Part shown: one piece after another, positions 20,197 to 31,103 of the stretch
Layout of the letters: every line of letters starts with the position of its first letter
Position numbering within the stretch: the stretch's first letter is position 1
Origin: an uncultured Lachnospiraceae bacterium
GTDB taxonomy: Bacteria; Bacillota; Clostridia; Lachnospirales; Lachnospiraceae
Length of the DNA: 61,658 bases
NCBI GenBank assembly: GCA_905235845.1
Contig: CAJONG010000003.1
Location: 1-61,658 of the forward strand
Reading direction: 5' to 3'
Notes under the pieces: generated by a model
Databases searched by the model: none
Told to the model about the DNA's origin: nothing
The model's input: the letters and a program-made list of their open reading frames with translations, nothing else
Made by a program: the position numbers and the translations under genes

Positions 20197-22074
20197 TCAA
20201 CCCCTATAGGTGATACACATAAGTGTCGGCATAGTAAGCATAAGCGGATATGCGTATCTTAAGTCCGCACATAGTGGGGTGGCTATAAGCAGTGTAAGTG
20301 TAAGCGTCACTACCGGAAGATATGTAAGCAACCTGCCAGCCATCCTCTTATCCTGTAGGATCACAACCCCCGCTCCAAATATAAGCATCATAAAGCACGC
20401 ACCCATGCTGTAGAATATGCCATACACAGGCAACACCGTATGCAGCTTCTCACAGATCTCATTGATCTTGATCCTTATACGTGCCCCGACCACGGGTTTT
20501 GGCTCCAGTCCGTCATCATTGGCCAATATCCCGTAGTATTCCGTCTGCTCCGGCGGCATGGTCGTGTAGTAGCCTTTGGTCTGGTCAATATAGGCTCTTA
20601 GGTATTCCTCGGGATACTTAAGTCCAAGCCTAAGCCACAAGGTCACATAATCTCCCTTATGCGTAAGCAGATATTCTTCATCACCGAATACCACCCACTG
20701 CATCATGGGATCTGCGCCTCCCGGAGTATATTCACCCCTTATAAACTGCGTGTCATTGATCCTCTCAAGCATCCTCCACTCATCATCAGTAAGGGTACAA
20801 CCGTCATATACGACTCTTCCTATCTGCTGCAGGGGTATGGGAATGTTATGGGCAAAATCGCCAGCTTTTACATTATATGCTCTCATGACCGGTCCCCGCA
20901 CAATGGCAACCGCCAAAAGAGTACCTATCGAGGCAATAAGAACCTTTAGTGCACGTTTGCCATCACTTTTTCTATCAGTCCCTTTTTTCAGGCTGACACA
21001 TTCATATATAAGGACGATGACCATCGTCAGTATATAGGCATACAAACCGTTATGGCGCAGCAGACACATACCAAGGCTGCTTATTACGAAGAGAATGATA
21101 TCCCTGCACTTTCCGCAACCGTTCTCACATTTTGAAGATCCGGTCACGTACATTCTGTATAAAGTCACCGTCAGGATCAGGACTGCTGCGGAGAAAAGTA
21201 CATCCTTCCACATCGTGATGGAATAGGCAAGATTGTAGGGAAATATAATAAAGCCAAGCAGCATAAATATCCGGCATGTACGTCCCCTTGCATCCGAAGG
21301 AGCAATCCCTTCGGTCACGGATTCAATTGCATAAGCAACCGCCATTGCAACAAGCACCATCTGAATGAAGGTATATGCTGCTATCCCTCCGTATACACTG
21401 CCGCTTACAGCATAACCCATGGAAAAAAAGGCCTTAATGATCATCGTATGCACCCATGGGTGATGATCGCTATAGGGCGCAAGGCCTCCTGCCTGCTCAA
21501 GCTGGTCGAAGGAATCCACCGTCATTGTTCCCGGAAAGTTTAATAAAAAAAGCGGCATCATACATACAAGGATGATTCCCGTATATATAAGCCATATCTT
21601 AGTATTAAAACTGCCAAAGGTCTGAGAAGTCTCCAACGTAAGTATACGTACAAGAAGACAACGTATCACAAAGAACATCACCACATATAATCCAAACATC
21701 GTGATGATCGTGTATACCGCTCTGAACAGCGGATTATCAAGGTCCCTGTTGATACGTCCACCCATATATACAACATACAGGAGGGTCCAGATGAATGTCA
21801 CTGTACCTGCTGCTTTAGTCAGCCTCTTGTTATAGTCCTCGTCCGATCCGAATCTTCCGTGTATATGAGAATACAAAGAATCCTGCAATATCTCAGCCGG
21901 GTTCTTTTTACCATCAGGCAAAAGACCAAGCAGCATATAAGTACCGGCAAATACCAATCCCATAAGTATATCCGACGACTCAAAGCCGCCGATATTATAT
22001 ACCGCAAAGGTTATCATATATGCAATTATAAGTCTTAACCATGTCTTCAAGGTCACTCTGCTCCATATCGTCAC
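20197..22074 (-). CDS. DUF6020-like polytopic membrane protein (GT-C-like)
   Basis: FPGTMTVDS, SDHHPWVHT, MWKDVLFS, LRHNG, DLRYAYP; many TM segments. Confidence 0.75.
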   Translation of the reverse strand: MTIWSRVTLKTWLRLIIAYMITFAVYNIGGFESSDILMGLVFAGTYMLLGLLPDGKKNPAEILQDSLYSHIHGRFGSDEDYNKRLTKAAGTVTFIWTLLYVVYMGGRINRDLDNPLFRAVYTIITMFGLYVVMFFVIRCLLVRILTLETSQTFGSFNTKIWLIYTGIILVCMMPLFLLNFPGTMTVDSFDQLEQAGGLAPYSDHHPWVHTMIIKAFFSMGYAVSGSVYGGIAAYTFIQMVLVAMAVAYAIESVTEGIAPSDARGRTCRIFMLLGFIIFPYNLAYSITMWKDVLFSAAVLILTVTLYRMYVTGSSKCENGCGKCRDIILFVISSLGMCLLRHNGLYAYILTMVIVLIYECVSLKKGTDRKSDGKRALKVLIASIGTLLAVAIVRGPVMRAYNVKAGDFAHNIPIPLQQIGRVVYDGCTLTDDEWRMLERINDTQFIRGEYTPGGADPMMQWVVFGDEEYLLTHKGDYVTLWLRLGLKYPEEYLRAYIDQTKGYYTTMPPEQTEYYGILANDDGLEPKPVVGARIRIKINEICEKLHTVLPVYGIFYSMGACFMMLIFGAGVVILQDKRMAGRLLTYLPVVTLTLTLLIATPLCADLRYAYPLMLTMPTLMCITYRG

Positions 22075-22721
22075 TCAAAAAGCGTAACAAGCTCCATGGG
22101 TGAATCTATCACATAATCAGGCTCTTTCACGGTTCCGAAGCCATAGGATGCGAATACTATGGGAACTCCTGCTTCCCTGCATGCGTCAGCATCCATCTGC
22201 GTGTCGCCCACATACACAGGGTTCTTAAGGCCGTTACGCTCACAGACTATGCGGATATTCTCGGCCTTCAGCTTATCGTTGTCGCCGAAGCACAGGTGAT
22301 CCTTAAAATACCTGCCAAAGCCCGTCTTATCCATCATAAGCTCTATATAACCGGCCTGACAGTTACTCACCACATACAACGGATACTTCTTATCAAGTTC
22401 CTCTAACATCCTGCCAAAGCCTTCATAGACTATACCACCGTTCTCCTGCAGATATTCATGCTCATATCTGTAGCAGTATGGAGCGAACCTCTCCCTCTCT
22501 TCTTCTGTCGCATCCGGAAGGATATCACGGATGATGGCATCCATGGGGAGTCCGAAAAGCCCCTGAAGCCTCTTAGCCGTCACTCGCTCCTTATGTCCCG
22601 CTTCTTCAAGGGCATGATTCCACGCCTTTTCCACAATGGGCGTGGAGTCCCATATGGTCCCGTCTACGTCGAATATGATCCCATCAACCTTAGCTGTCTT
22701 ACTTCTTTCAATATTTCCCAT
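22071..22721 (-). CDS. HAD family hydrolase (phosphoglycolate phosphatase-like)
   Basis: FDVDGTIWDS, VVSN, YVGDTQMD, ASYGFG. Confidence 0.9.
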   Translation of the reverse strand: MGNIERSKTAKVDGIIFDVDGTIWDSTPIVEKAWNHALEEAGHKERVTAKRLQGLFGLPMDAIIRDILPDATEEERERFAPYCYRYEHEYLQENGGIVYEGFGRMLEELDKKYPLYVVSNCQAGYIELMMDKTGFGRYFKDHLCFGDNDKLKAENIRIVCERNGLKNPVYVGDTQMDADACREAGVPIVFASYGFGTVKEPDYVIDSPMELVTLFE

Positions 22722-22856
22722 CTCTTTATCTCTTACTTATATCTTCTTATGCCTTTATCTTATCCTTCTTCTCAGCCTCTGTATGTCACTTTCTTACCCG
22801 ACCCGACCTATACTCTTATCTTTACTTAATCCTTAACCGGCATCCATGACCCGGAC

Positions 22857-24131
22857 TTATGACCTGTTCTTAAGCCCCGGCCATGTCTTGAGCATACGCT
22901 TTACCACATTATCCCATGTGAGCTTATCCTTTTCTTCTAAGAGGGCAACTCTTATGCGATTACGCATATCCACATCACTGTACATCTGCTCCGCAGCCTT
23001 AACCCAAGCCCCGAGTGTCATATCGCTCAGTACCATGGCATTCTTACCATCTTCATAGAGCATGTCCGCTCCGCCGTTATTACTTGTTATGACCGGAAGT
23101 CCGAAGTATATGGCCTCAGCAAGCACCATCCCGTATATATCGTATATGGTCGGGAACAGCATACAATCGGCCATTCTGTATATTATGGGCATCTCTGACT
23201 GTGCCGCCTTGGATGCATATATCACTCTGCCCTTGTCAATCCACCTTCTAAGTCTGGCTAAAAATCTGCCCTTATATTCCACATCTCCGTTGCCAACCAC
23301 TATGAATCTCACATCATCATGTGCACTTAAGAGCCTGTCTGCAATATCCGCAAGAAACATACTGTTGCGTCTTGGCTCCAGCCTGCCGACGTATATATAT
23401 GTGAAGCCATTATGTGGGCAGAGCACATCTGCCCTCTTAAGTGCCTTGCCAAATTCCGTACCGGCAATCCCTGATGTGGCTCCTGCACCGTCATTTTCAA
23501 GCACCTCATCCCACGCATCGGTATCAAGCCCCACTCCTACGGGGTATACATGCTTAAAGCCTTTGCTTTTAAGGAATTCCGCAGCCGCCGTGCTCTTGGT
23601 ATAGCATGTGGTATAAGGTGCACTCTTAAGCTTAAGGAATGTATGGTCGAAGACCTTGCACTTAAGATTATAGCCCCTGTTGAACTCATGATAGTATGGC
23701 CCGTGATATATCACCACCTTATCGCGAAGTTTCCTGTCCGTATAGTACAGCCATGATGTTATCTGGTCATACTCATGCACCTGTATATAATCATAATTCC
23801 TGCTAAGCTCCCGTAAGGAGAAGAAGAATCCGTTCTTAAGTATGCTTACACCCGACAGATAATATACCGAGATGAACCTGTCAGGATCATCTCCGTCCAC
23901 ACTGCCCTCCTCAACATAGGCATCTTCTCCAAGCAGCTTCTCATCATATCTTACGACACCCGTGTCATCTACAGGCATAAGCACTGTCCTGTCATCTCCA
24001 AATCCTCCGTAGAGTACCACGTCAGCCTGATGTCCAGCTCTGACCCATGCCTTGGCAAGACCGATTTCCTGGACATTATATGAAGTTGCGTCTATCTTAG
24101 ACCCGAAGGTCCTGACTATCAGTATGTTCAC
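22857..24131 (-). CDS. glycosyltransferase family 4
   Basis: YVGRLEPRR, DIYGMVLAEAIYFGLPVITS. Confidence 0.88.
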   Translation of the reverse strand: MNILIVRTFGSKIDATSYNVQEIGLAKAWVRAGHQADVVLYGGFGDDRTVLMPVDDTGVVRYDEKLLGEDAYVEEGSVDGDDPDRFISVYYLSGVSILKNGFFFSLRELSRNYDYIQVHEYDQITSWLYYTDRKLRDKVVIYHGPYYHEFNRGYNLKCKVFDHTFLKLKSAPYTTCYTKSTAAAEFLKSKGFKHVYPVGVGLDTDAWDEVLENDGAGATSGIAGTEFGKALKRADVLCPHNGFTYIYVGRLEPRRNSMFLADIADRLLSAHDDVRFIVVGNGDVEYKGRFLARLRRWIDKGRVIYASKAAQSEMPIIYRMADCMLFPTIYDIYGMVLAEAIYFGLPVITSNNGGADMLYEDGKNAMVLSDMTLGAWVKAAEQMYSDVDMRNRIRVALLEEKDKLTWDNVVKRMLKTWPGLKNRS

Positions 24132-24132
24132 T

Positions 24133-25038
24133 CTATTTCTCCAACAGCCGCATCAGACTCTCAGCTTCATACACCGAATTATCATTATCAACTATTCCCT
24201 CTGCTATTTCGAAGAAGTGCTTAAGCTCTGCAATCTGATAATCATCACGTTCCTCGTCATATTCTATGACTCTGCCCTCCTTCATGTAGGTGATGGTGCT
24301 TTTCACAAAATCACAATACACTGTCTCATCCTTCATGAATATATACAAATCCCGTAGTGTCTGACGCCCATAATAGTCCAGATGAACCTCCGCAAGCTTA
24401 TCCTTGTATTCACCGATGTACAGCGCAACGTCCTCCACATCTATATCCAGATCCGAAAGCTTTCTCTCTACCGTATGTACTCTGTCAGGCTTACCGATAA
24501 GGTATGCTATGTAGTCCCACTCATGTATAAGATCGGCAGCCACTCCGCCACCCAGATCCTTTCTGGCGGAATAGCACTTGCTATAATCCGTCCCCGGTCT
24601 CCAATCGGGAAGATAGCTGGATGACATGGCCCTTATGCTATACACCTTATCCGGATCGATATTCTGCTTAAGATACTGTATGATCCCGGTATAACGCATC
24701 GGACAGGCCACATAATATATCTTGTCTGCGGGAAGGGTGTCAAGATCCTTAACCTGTACTCCCATAGGCCTTAACGGCTTTTCTATGAAAAAGGCATCCG
24801 ATCTGTCTGTCAGTCTGCGCAGAGCATCCATATGCATGGTCGTAGGATTGGTGATGAATATCGCATCATATAAGTCTGCCAGTTCATCATAGGAATAGAG
24901 GATTCTGCCGTATTCTTCGTCAGATGACCTGCTCTTATCATGACGCAATATGTCTATCTCTGCATCGGGATACAGCTTTTTAATATTATTGATGTGTCTC
25001 TTGGCTATTGAGCCAAGACCTACAAAGCATATCTTCAT
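24133..25038 (-). CDS. Gfo/Idh/MocA oxidoreductase (nonulosonate-cluster type)
   Basis: VGLGSIAKRH, FIEKP, YLPDWRPGTDY, GGGVAADLIHEWD. Confidence 0.88.
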   Translation of the reverse strand: MKICFVGLGSIAKRHINNIKKLYPDAEIDILRHDKSRSSDEEYGRILYSYDELADLYDAIFITNPTTMHMDALRRLTDRSDAFFIEKPLRPMGVQVKDLDTLPADKIYYVACPMRYTGIIQYLKQNIDPDKVYSIRAMSSSYLPDWRPGTDYSKCYSARKDLGGGVAADLIHEWDYIAYLIGKPDRVHTVERKLSDLDIDVEDVALYIGEYKDKLAEVHLDYYGRQTLRDLYIFMKDETVYCDFVKSTITYMKEGRVIEYDEERDDYQIAELKHFFEIAEGIVDNDNSVYEAESLMRLLEK

Positions 25039-25790
25039 ATATTCTTGTATACCTCTGCAAACTCCGGTTTCTTATCATAGAGATACCCGGCTATCAACTC
25101 CATAAGCTCGAAATCATTCTCATGGTCAAGATCAAGCACTGCCGTATCATACATGACTATTGCTTCAAAATAACCCTCATTGAAATCCCCTCCGGCCTTC
25201 AGGTGCCCCGGTCTGTATGCATACAGGGATGCATTCATGTCATATACCTCAGGGGCCTGCTGCCTGGCAGTGAACTCCGATATAATAGCCTTCTTAAAGC
25301 CCTTATCTGTCCGCACTACCTGATTAAAGTAGGGATTACGCCTTGAGGTGGTCACGGAATATGTGATATCAGCTCCTGTCTTCATATGGGTCTCTATAAG
25401 ATTCTTCACATCTGCTACGGTTCTTAACGGAGAGGTGATATCCAGATCCACCACCACATCATAGCTTGTCTGCATCCTCTCTTCCATCCTGTCAAGACAA
25501 TCCCATATTACATCCTTCTTGGCTACAGTATCACCGCTTAAGTTCTCGGACCTGTTGATCACATTAGCCTTCATAAAGGGATTGTCCTCTATTAGCTTAA
25601 TAAGCTCCGGGGAGTCTGTGGAAAGCACCAGATCATATCTGTCTACCGCCCCCGCCTCTTCGCTTTTCAGATACAGATCTATCGCGGACAGCGAATAATA
25701 CACAAGGGGCTTACCGCAAAAATCCCTTATATTCTTATTATGTATTCCCTTTGATCCCGCTCTTCCGCAGATCGTGAAAAGTATATTCAT
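25035..25790 (-). CDS. neuA: acylneuraminate cytidylyltransferase (NeuA/LegF/PtmB-like)
   Basis: ICGRAGSKGIHNKN, VDLDITSPLR, RNPYFN, MNASLY, LDLDHENDF; start at ATG 25790 overlapping the upstream stop. Confidence 0.88.
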   Translation of the reverse strand: MNILFTICGRAGSKGIHNKNIRDFCGKPLVYYSLSAIDLYLKSEEAGAVDRYDLVLSTDSPELIKLIEDNPFMKANVINRSENLSGDTVAKKDVIWDCLDRMEERMQTSYDVVVDLDITSPLRTVADVKNLIETHMKTGADITYSVTTSRRNPYFNQVVRTDKGFKKAIISEFTARQQAPEVYDMNASLYAYRPGHLKAGGDFNEGYFEAIVMYDTAVLDLDHENDFELMELIAGYLYDKKPEFAEVYKNI

Positions 25791-26551
25791 AGCATTGCAT
25801 CCTCCAGCATATCGACTAACCACTTGAAAATATGTGCTTTTACTCCCCTTACTTCCTCATATTCATAGCTTTTCTCAGGTATTCCCCCAAAGCTTTCCTT
25901 AAACTCTGTGATACTTATGACATCCTCGCCTCTTCCGGCTCCGCCCCAATCATATATCTTAAGTCCTTTCTCCTTATAGTGCAGCATATCCATATAGTGC
26001 AGATATCTGTTACCCATTCCTATGATATTGCGGCTGTCACTCTCTTCATCACCCATAAGCCTGTAGAGAGAAGCGGAATGTAACAGTCTTGCTCTCTCTG
26101 AGTCATATATGTGGGTATGATAGACCGCATCTTCACCCTTTACCTTAGCTATGGAAAAAGTAAGGGCATCACTATCTCTGTACGCCTTCAGATCACGCCT
26201 TACTTCCTCTTCTCTGGTGAACCTGTCTCCCTTGCTCTCCCAGAATGTCTTAAAAAAGGCAAGGAAGGTCTCTATCTCCTCATCCGTTATCTCATCATTC
26301 TCAAGGAATCTGATGGCTACGTCTTCGCGTTCGGCTCTGTTGACCTTATATCTGCAATTCTTGGAGAACGCTCCCTTGATCTCCTCCGGAGACACGGATA
26401 TATCTGATATCAGTGTATCGAACTCTGCGCTGTTTTTCCCCTTTATTCCCGACTGGTTATATATTATAATTCCTGCCTTCTTAAAGGGTTCTTTTGCGAA
26501 CCATACCTTATAAAAGTCTATTCCGTGTTTTCTGCTTACTATCCCGATCAT
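25787..26551 (-). CDS. GNAT/FemAB-like acyl- or aminoacyl-transferase fold protein
   Basis: FSKNCRYKVNRAERE and YDWGG...ITEFKESFGG, typical of Acetyltransf_6/FemAB-like proteins. Confidence 0.65.
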   Translation of the reverse strand: MIGIVSRKHGIDFYKVWFAKEPFKKAGIIIYNQSGIKGKNSAEFDTLISDISVSPEEIKGAFSKNCRYKVNRAEREDVAIRFLENDEITDEEIETFLAFFKTFWESKGDRFTREEEVRRDLKAYRDSDALTFSIAKVKGEDAVYHTHIYDSERARLLHSASLYRLMGDEESDSRNIIGMGNRYLHYMDMLHYKEKGLKIYDWGGAGRGEDVISITEFKESFGGIPEKSYEYEEVRGVKAHIFKWLVDMLEDAML

Positions 26552-26567
26552 TTTCCAAATCCCCAGA

Positions 26568-27731
26568 TCAATCGCTTATATACTCATTAAGTATAGTAAA
26601 GTCATAGTTCATATAGTATGCTTTAAGACTGTTAGTATATTCCATGTAATTATCTCTGTCTATCCTGTGATCACCCTTTGATATCTCTTCCAACAGCCAC
26701 TCACTGACACCTGCGTCATAATGCATCTTATCACAATATCTGTTCAGGTCTCCCGTGATCTCATACGCATCATCGAACCCGTATATCTCTACATTATCAT
26801 ATTCTGTAAGAAGAGACATCATATACTCCATTCCCTCGAATACATAGGTAAGCTCACCCTGACTGTAATACTCAGCCCATTTAGCAAGACTTACCGGTGG
26901 TATAAGAAGGATGAATCTGATCTCGGGATTAGCCTCTATTACAGGGATCATATTGGTATATATATTATAGTATATCCTTTCCTTATCACCCTCACTTAAC
27001 TGCCTGTCAGAGTCGTGATCCAGTACCGTCATCTTATCAAGCCCGCTGCAGGCGATCTCCCATCCACTGTCCCTGACCCACGATGAATAATCATCGAAGG
27101 TTGTACTGTCCTTGCCAAGCATAGTGATCCCAATATTATATACAGAGCCTCTGTAGAATGCATCCTTATTGAAGATATAATTGACATCATCAAGCATATC
27201 ATCATCATACAGATATGTAGGATAATCACTGTATCTGTGCCATGAGTAGCTTCTTAAGACATCCTCGGTATCAGTACATATCATGACCTCCCTTACGCTG
27301 TCATTATATCCTCTATGCGGTGCATAGCCGCCAATATTCTTAGCACCATCCTTAGGATCATAGCTTATAAGGTCAACAGACAGTTCGTCTCGTCCAACGA
27401 CTCTACCCAGAGCCTGCCACAGTTCCCTTATCCCTGCTCCGGAATAGGGCAGCTTGATACTCTTAGTACCCATCAGATCATCATACCTACTTGTCTTGAA
27501 GTTCTGGAACAGTGAATTGCCTATGATCACCGCATCGTAATCAAAGTTCCTTGCAATGCCGTCATTGATGTATCTCTCATCATTAAGCCTGTACTTTATT
27601 ACAGGCTTATGATAGTGAAAATAAGGGTCTGCTATGACATTAACCACACCTGCAAGTACTGTAAGCACCACAGCAACCAATACCGTGCATATGAACCATC
27701 TGCCGAATATATCTTTCTTATCTCTGCTCAT
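26568..27731 (-). CDS. SGNH-like (DltD/AlgJ-like) partner of MBOAT acyltransferase
   Basis: N-terminal TM helix, DP motif, VIIGNS, C-terminal DKMHY (DxxH); follows the MBOAT gene. Confidence 0.65.
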   Translation of the reverse strand: MSRDKKDIFGRWFICTVLVAVVLTVLAGVVNVIADPYFHYHKPVIKYRLNDERYINDGIARNFDYDAVIIGNSLFQNFKTSRYDDLMGTKSIKLPYSGAGIRELWQALGRVVGRDELSVDLISYDPKDGAKNIGGYAPHRGYNDSVREVMICTDTEDVLRSYSWHRYSDYPTYLYDDDMLDDVNYIFNKDAFYRGSVYNIGITMLGKDSTTFDDYSSWVRDSGWEIACSGLDKMTVLDHDSDRQLSEGDKERIYYNIYTNMIPVIEANPEIRFILLIPPVSLAKWAEYYSQGELTYVFEGMEYMMSLLTEYDNVEIYGFDDAYEITGDLNRYCDKMHYDAGVSEWLLEEISKGDHRIDRDNYMEYTNSLKAYYMNYDFTILNEYISD

Positions 27732-27798
27732 CTTAACCTACCATGCCGGGCACATTGTGCGAGGCTAGCATCATCGAATTTCAGATTCGCCGATGCCA

Positions 27799-29313
27799 TC
27801 AGAAATTCCAGTATACATAACTTGTCACACCGCTTAGGCTTAATACACACCATGCGAAGAGGAGCCCTGTAATTATAATGGATACAGCATATCCTCTCAC
27901 TGATACGGTGACCTTATCCTGCCAATTCTCTGTCATCTGTCTGCTGTTGGGTGCCAGCATACATATCAATATAAGCACTATCAGTACCAATATAAGTATC
28001 ATTCCTCCGAGCTTATCCTCCAAGCCAAGGGCATCAAGTCTAAGCAGCCATGATATCTCAACTGTCTTATTGAACATCTCATATATGTATTCAGTCATGT
28101 TATCAAAGCCACCCAGAAATACCTTCGTGATGACCTCTATCGCTTCCTTAGTATCCCTTGCCCTGAAGAACACCCATGCAATGCTTACGTACACGAATAT
28201 TCCAACATTCTTAAGTATACCTGTTATCCTGCTTTCGGCTTTTTTTACAGGGTTTTTTGCTTTCTCACGTATCATCCTGCTTATGAGCATTGCCACTCCA
28301 TGCAACGCTCCCCATATGACGAAGCTCCACTCGGCACCGTGCCACAGTCCGCTCAAAAGAAAGACGATAAAGACATTCACATATGTCCTCACTTCTCCCT
28401 TCCTGCTGCCGCCCATAGGTATATATACATAACGGGTGAAAAACCTTGTCAATGTGATATGCCACCTGTCCCAGAATTCGTCTATCGATCTTGCTTTATA
28501 CGGCGAATCAAAATTCTCCGGCAGATCTATATGGAAGAGATTACCAAGGCCTATGGCCATATCGGAATAACCGCTAAAGTCAAAGTATATCTGTAAGGTA
28601 TACCCAAGGATCAGTACCAGTGCGCCAAGAGCATTAACCTCTGCAAGCTCTTCGTATCCTCCGTCCACAGCTTTTGCTATGGTATCCGCTATCAGCACCT
28701 TCTTAGCTAATCCGAGAGTGAATCTGCATAAGCCCTTTGATGCATACACAGAATCCCATTTTTTCCTCTCATGATCCCTTAACTGAGGCATGAACTCACT
28801 CTGCAGGACTATGGGGCCCTGAGTGAATTGCGGATAGAAGGTCATATATATACCGTATTCAAGCAGCGTACAGGAGAGGTTGTCATCCTTATGGTAATCT
28901 GCCAGTACGCTTATCTGCTTAAAGGTATAGAAGCTTATGCCAAGAGGCATCAACAAGTGGAGGAAAGCTATATCCTTCTTAAATATCACATTGATATTGT
29001 CAATGAAAAAGTCACAGTACTTGAATACAGCAAGCAACAGCACATTGAATACTATCCCTGATATCATAAGCACCTTACGATGTCCGACCTTAGTCTTAAA
29101 GGCGTGGTTCATCATATATATTATGAGATAGTTGATCAGTACCGAAGGGATCAGAACAAGAAGATATGCCGTATTCATATATCCGATGAAGACGAGACTG
29201 CTAAAAAGGAGGAATATCTGTCCTCCCTTACAGCTTAACTTATTGATCAGATAATATCCTGCAATGCTTATGGGAAGCATCAGGAATATGAATACATAAG
29301 AATTAAATACCAT
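27799..29313 (-). CDS. MBOAT family O-acyltransferase (AlgI/DltB-like)
   Basis: PLGISFYTF, QIYFDFSGYSDMAIG, FWDRWHITL, GLWHGA. Confidence 0.93.
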   Translation of the reverse strand: MVFNSYVFIFLMLPISIAGYYLINKLSCKGGQIFLLFSSLVFIGYMNTAYLLVLIPSVLINYLIIYMMNHAFKTKVGHRKVLMISGIVFNVLLLAVFKYCDFFIDNINVIFKKDIAFLHLLMPLGISFYTFKQISVLADYHKDDNLSCTLLEYGIYMTFYPQFTQGPIVLQSEFMPQLRDHERKKWDSVYASKGLCRFTLGLAKKVLIADTIAKAVDGGYEELAEVNALGALVLILGYTLQIYFDFSGYSDMAIGLGNLFHIDLPENFDSPYKARSIDEFWDRWHITLTRFFTRYVYIPMGGSRKGEVRTYVNVFIVFLLSGLWHGAEWSFVIWGALHGVAMLISRMIREKAKNPVKKAESRITGILKNVGIFVYVSIAWVFFRARDTKEAIEVITKVFLGGFDNMTEYIYEMFNKTVEISWLLRLDALGLEDKLGGMILILVLIVLILICMLAPNSRQMTENWQDKVTVSVRGYAVSIIITGLLFAWCVLSLSGVTSYVYWNF

Positions 29314-29557
29314 ACTCTTTAATGCTCTCTTCTATGATCCTAAGTCCCGACATAAGCTCATCTTCCCCGATAGTAAGGGGCGGAAGTATCTTAAGGACGG
29401 AATCCTCTCTTCCCGCCAGCTCTATCACAAGGCCCCTATCGAAGCATTTATGGCTTATCTCAAGTGCAATCGCCGGATCTATTGCGCTAAAATCAATACC
29501 TGATTTCCTGCAATATGACCGCACTTCAGATTCATATTCTTCAAATACTTCAAACAT
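29303..29557 (-). pseudogene. internally deleted diaminobutyrate aminotransferase (EctB-like) remnant
   Basis: N-terminus FEEYESEVRSYCR fused in frame to C-terminus CFDRGLVIELAGREDSVLKILPPLTI; the PLP-binding core is missing (84 aa vs about 420 normally). Confidence 0.8.
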
Positions 29558-29615
29558 TCCTGTCTGCTCACTTTCCTTATGTATGATCGCTATACCGCCG
29601 TTCTCTCCGCAATTG

Positions 29616-31103
29616 TCAATCTATCCTTCGAAAGGCAAGACTGCTGTATATCAGTATGATAAGGGTCATGTAGAAGAGCGGCATATTATATATACAGTAC
29701 CTTGTCTGGCAGAATATAACCGCTGACACAAGTGTCACATTCCCGACGATCGCAAGGATCGTCATGGTACTAAGTAACCTCGTATTACGTCCTTTCGCTG
29801 ACAGAATACTGAATGCAATAAATACAGCATATATGATCGCTGAATATATACACAGGATCATATTCTTCTTAGCCACCGTATCTACCAGACCGTTTAAGAG
29901 ATTATAGGAGAACACCTTAAGCAGTCTGTCTGTCTCATTAGGTATGAGGCTTTGATTAAGGGAAGCCCTGATACTGTCTATCTTCCGGGTCTTAGTCATG
30001 CCCGGGACAAAGCCACTGTATGATGCCTCGTCCACATAATCTTCCAGCATAAGCTGCATTGTATCTAACTGTATATGGTCATAATTATCCGCGAAATGTT
30101 CCGTAGCATCAAGCCAGCCTTCCGGTGCATCATGCATAAGCCAGCCTTCTTCATCACAGGCATCATATATCTTAAGGTATATATCTTTAAGCTCCGGCTC
30201 TATGTACCGTACATAGTCTCTTTCCGATGCATACAGTGCCATAGTGGTCACGAATCTGTTATCCTCGGTATGTATTATGAATGCGTCCCTTACTATCTTA
30301 TTATAGGTACAATCGATGAGGATATTGATCCCAACTGTCAGAACACCCGTAAGTATAAGCAGGAACACACCGCGTAAGCGTCTCCCTCTGCCTTTAATGA
30401 TATCTCTGTAGAATACCGCTATAAGCAACAGACAGAACAGCACATACATCTGCTTACGCGTGGATATTCCTAGTATCACGCAGACTGATGCCTTAATGAA
30501 TACATTTCTTCCACCCTCAAGCATATACTGGAGAATGTATCTGAATGCTAGCATATATATACTTATCGTTATGCCTTCTGTCATGATGCTGTTGGAATAC
30601 ATGGATGCCCTTCCGGCTGCGAATCTGTTAAGAAGAGATACCATAAGAGGAACAGCCATAACAGCATATGCTATGAGTCTCTCACGATTCCTTACCTTTA
30701 CGCATAATGACTTACCGGAGGCAGTGTACATTCTCCTTCCGTATACGGTTCCGTCATATATGGCATCCTTAAGATAATACCTTACCATGAAGGAGGTCAT
30801 GCTTCCTGCAGCCACACCTGCCAGTATGCTCTGCATAAGTGCCATTACCGTAAGGCTTATATTGTGCTCAGGATCTGCATCCCTGCCTACCCCGCATACG
30901 AACCTCATTAGCGCAAGGATAGACGGATACAGAGGTTCTCTGCAATCATGCATCCTTACATAGCTGTCACTGTCAGCGCACCATACGGCTCCGTCAAGTG
31001 CCCAGAATACCAGATAGAACGCTATCGGTATTACCCACAGGCTTATTAAAAATATTCTGTTGTCCTTCTTATTTTCCGGTCTTTTCACAATATCTGCTTC
31101 CAC
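29616..31103 (-). CDS. polytopic membrane protein, GT-C-like
   Basis: DSDSY...REPLYP, IMTEG, STRK, QTRY motifs; many TM segments. Confidence 0.6.
   Translation of the reverse strand: MEADIVKRPENKKDNRIFLISLWVIPIAFYLVFWALDGAVWCADSDSYVRMHDCREPLYPSILALMRFVCGVGRDADPEHNISLTVMALMQSILAGVAAGSMTSFMVRYYLKDAIYDGTVYGRRMYTASGKSLCVKVRNRERLIAYAVMAVPLMVSLLNRFAAGRASMYSNSIMTEGITISIYMLAFRYILQYMLEGGRNVFIKASVCVILGISTRKQMYVLFCLLLIAVFYRDIIKGRGRRLRGVFLLILTGVLTVGINILIDCTYNKIVRDAFIIHTEDNRFVTTMALYASERDYVRYIEPELKDIYLKIYDACDEEGWLMHDAPEGWLDATEHFADNYDHIQLDTMQLMLEDYVDEASYSGFVPGMTKTRKIDSIRASLNQSLIPNETDRLLKVFSYNLLNGLVDTVAKKNMILCIYSAIIYAVFIAFSILSAKGRNTRLLSTMTILAIVGNVTLVSAVIFCQTRYCIYNMPLFYMTLIILIYSSLAFRRID

Noticed and set aside
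22722-22835. Pyrimidine-rich spacer as a possible ncRNA
   Set aside because: No stable structure or known motif recognised.
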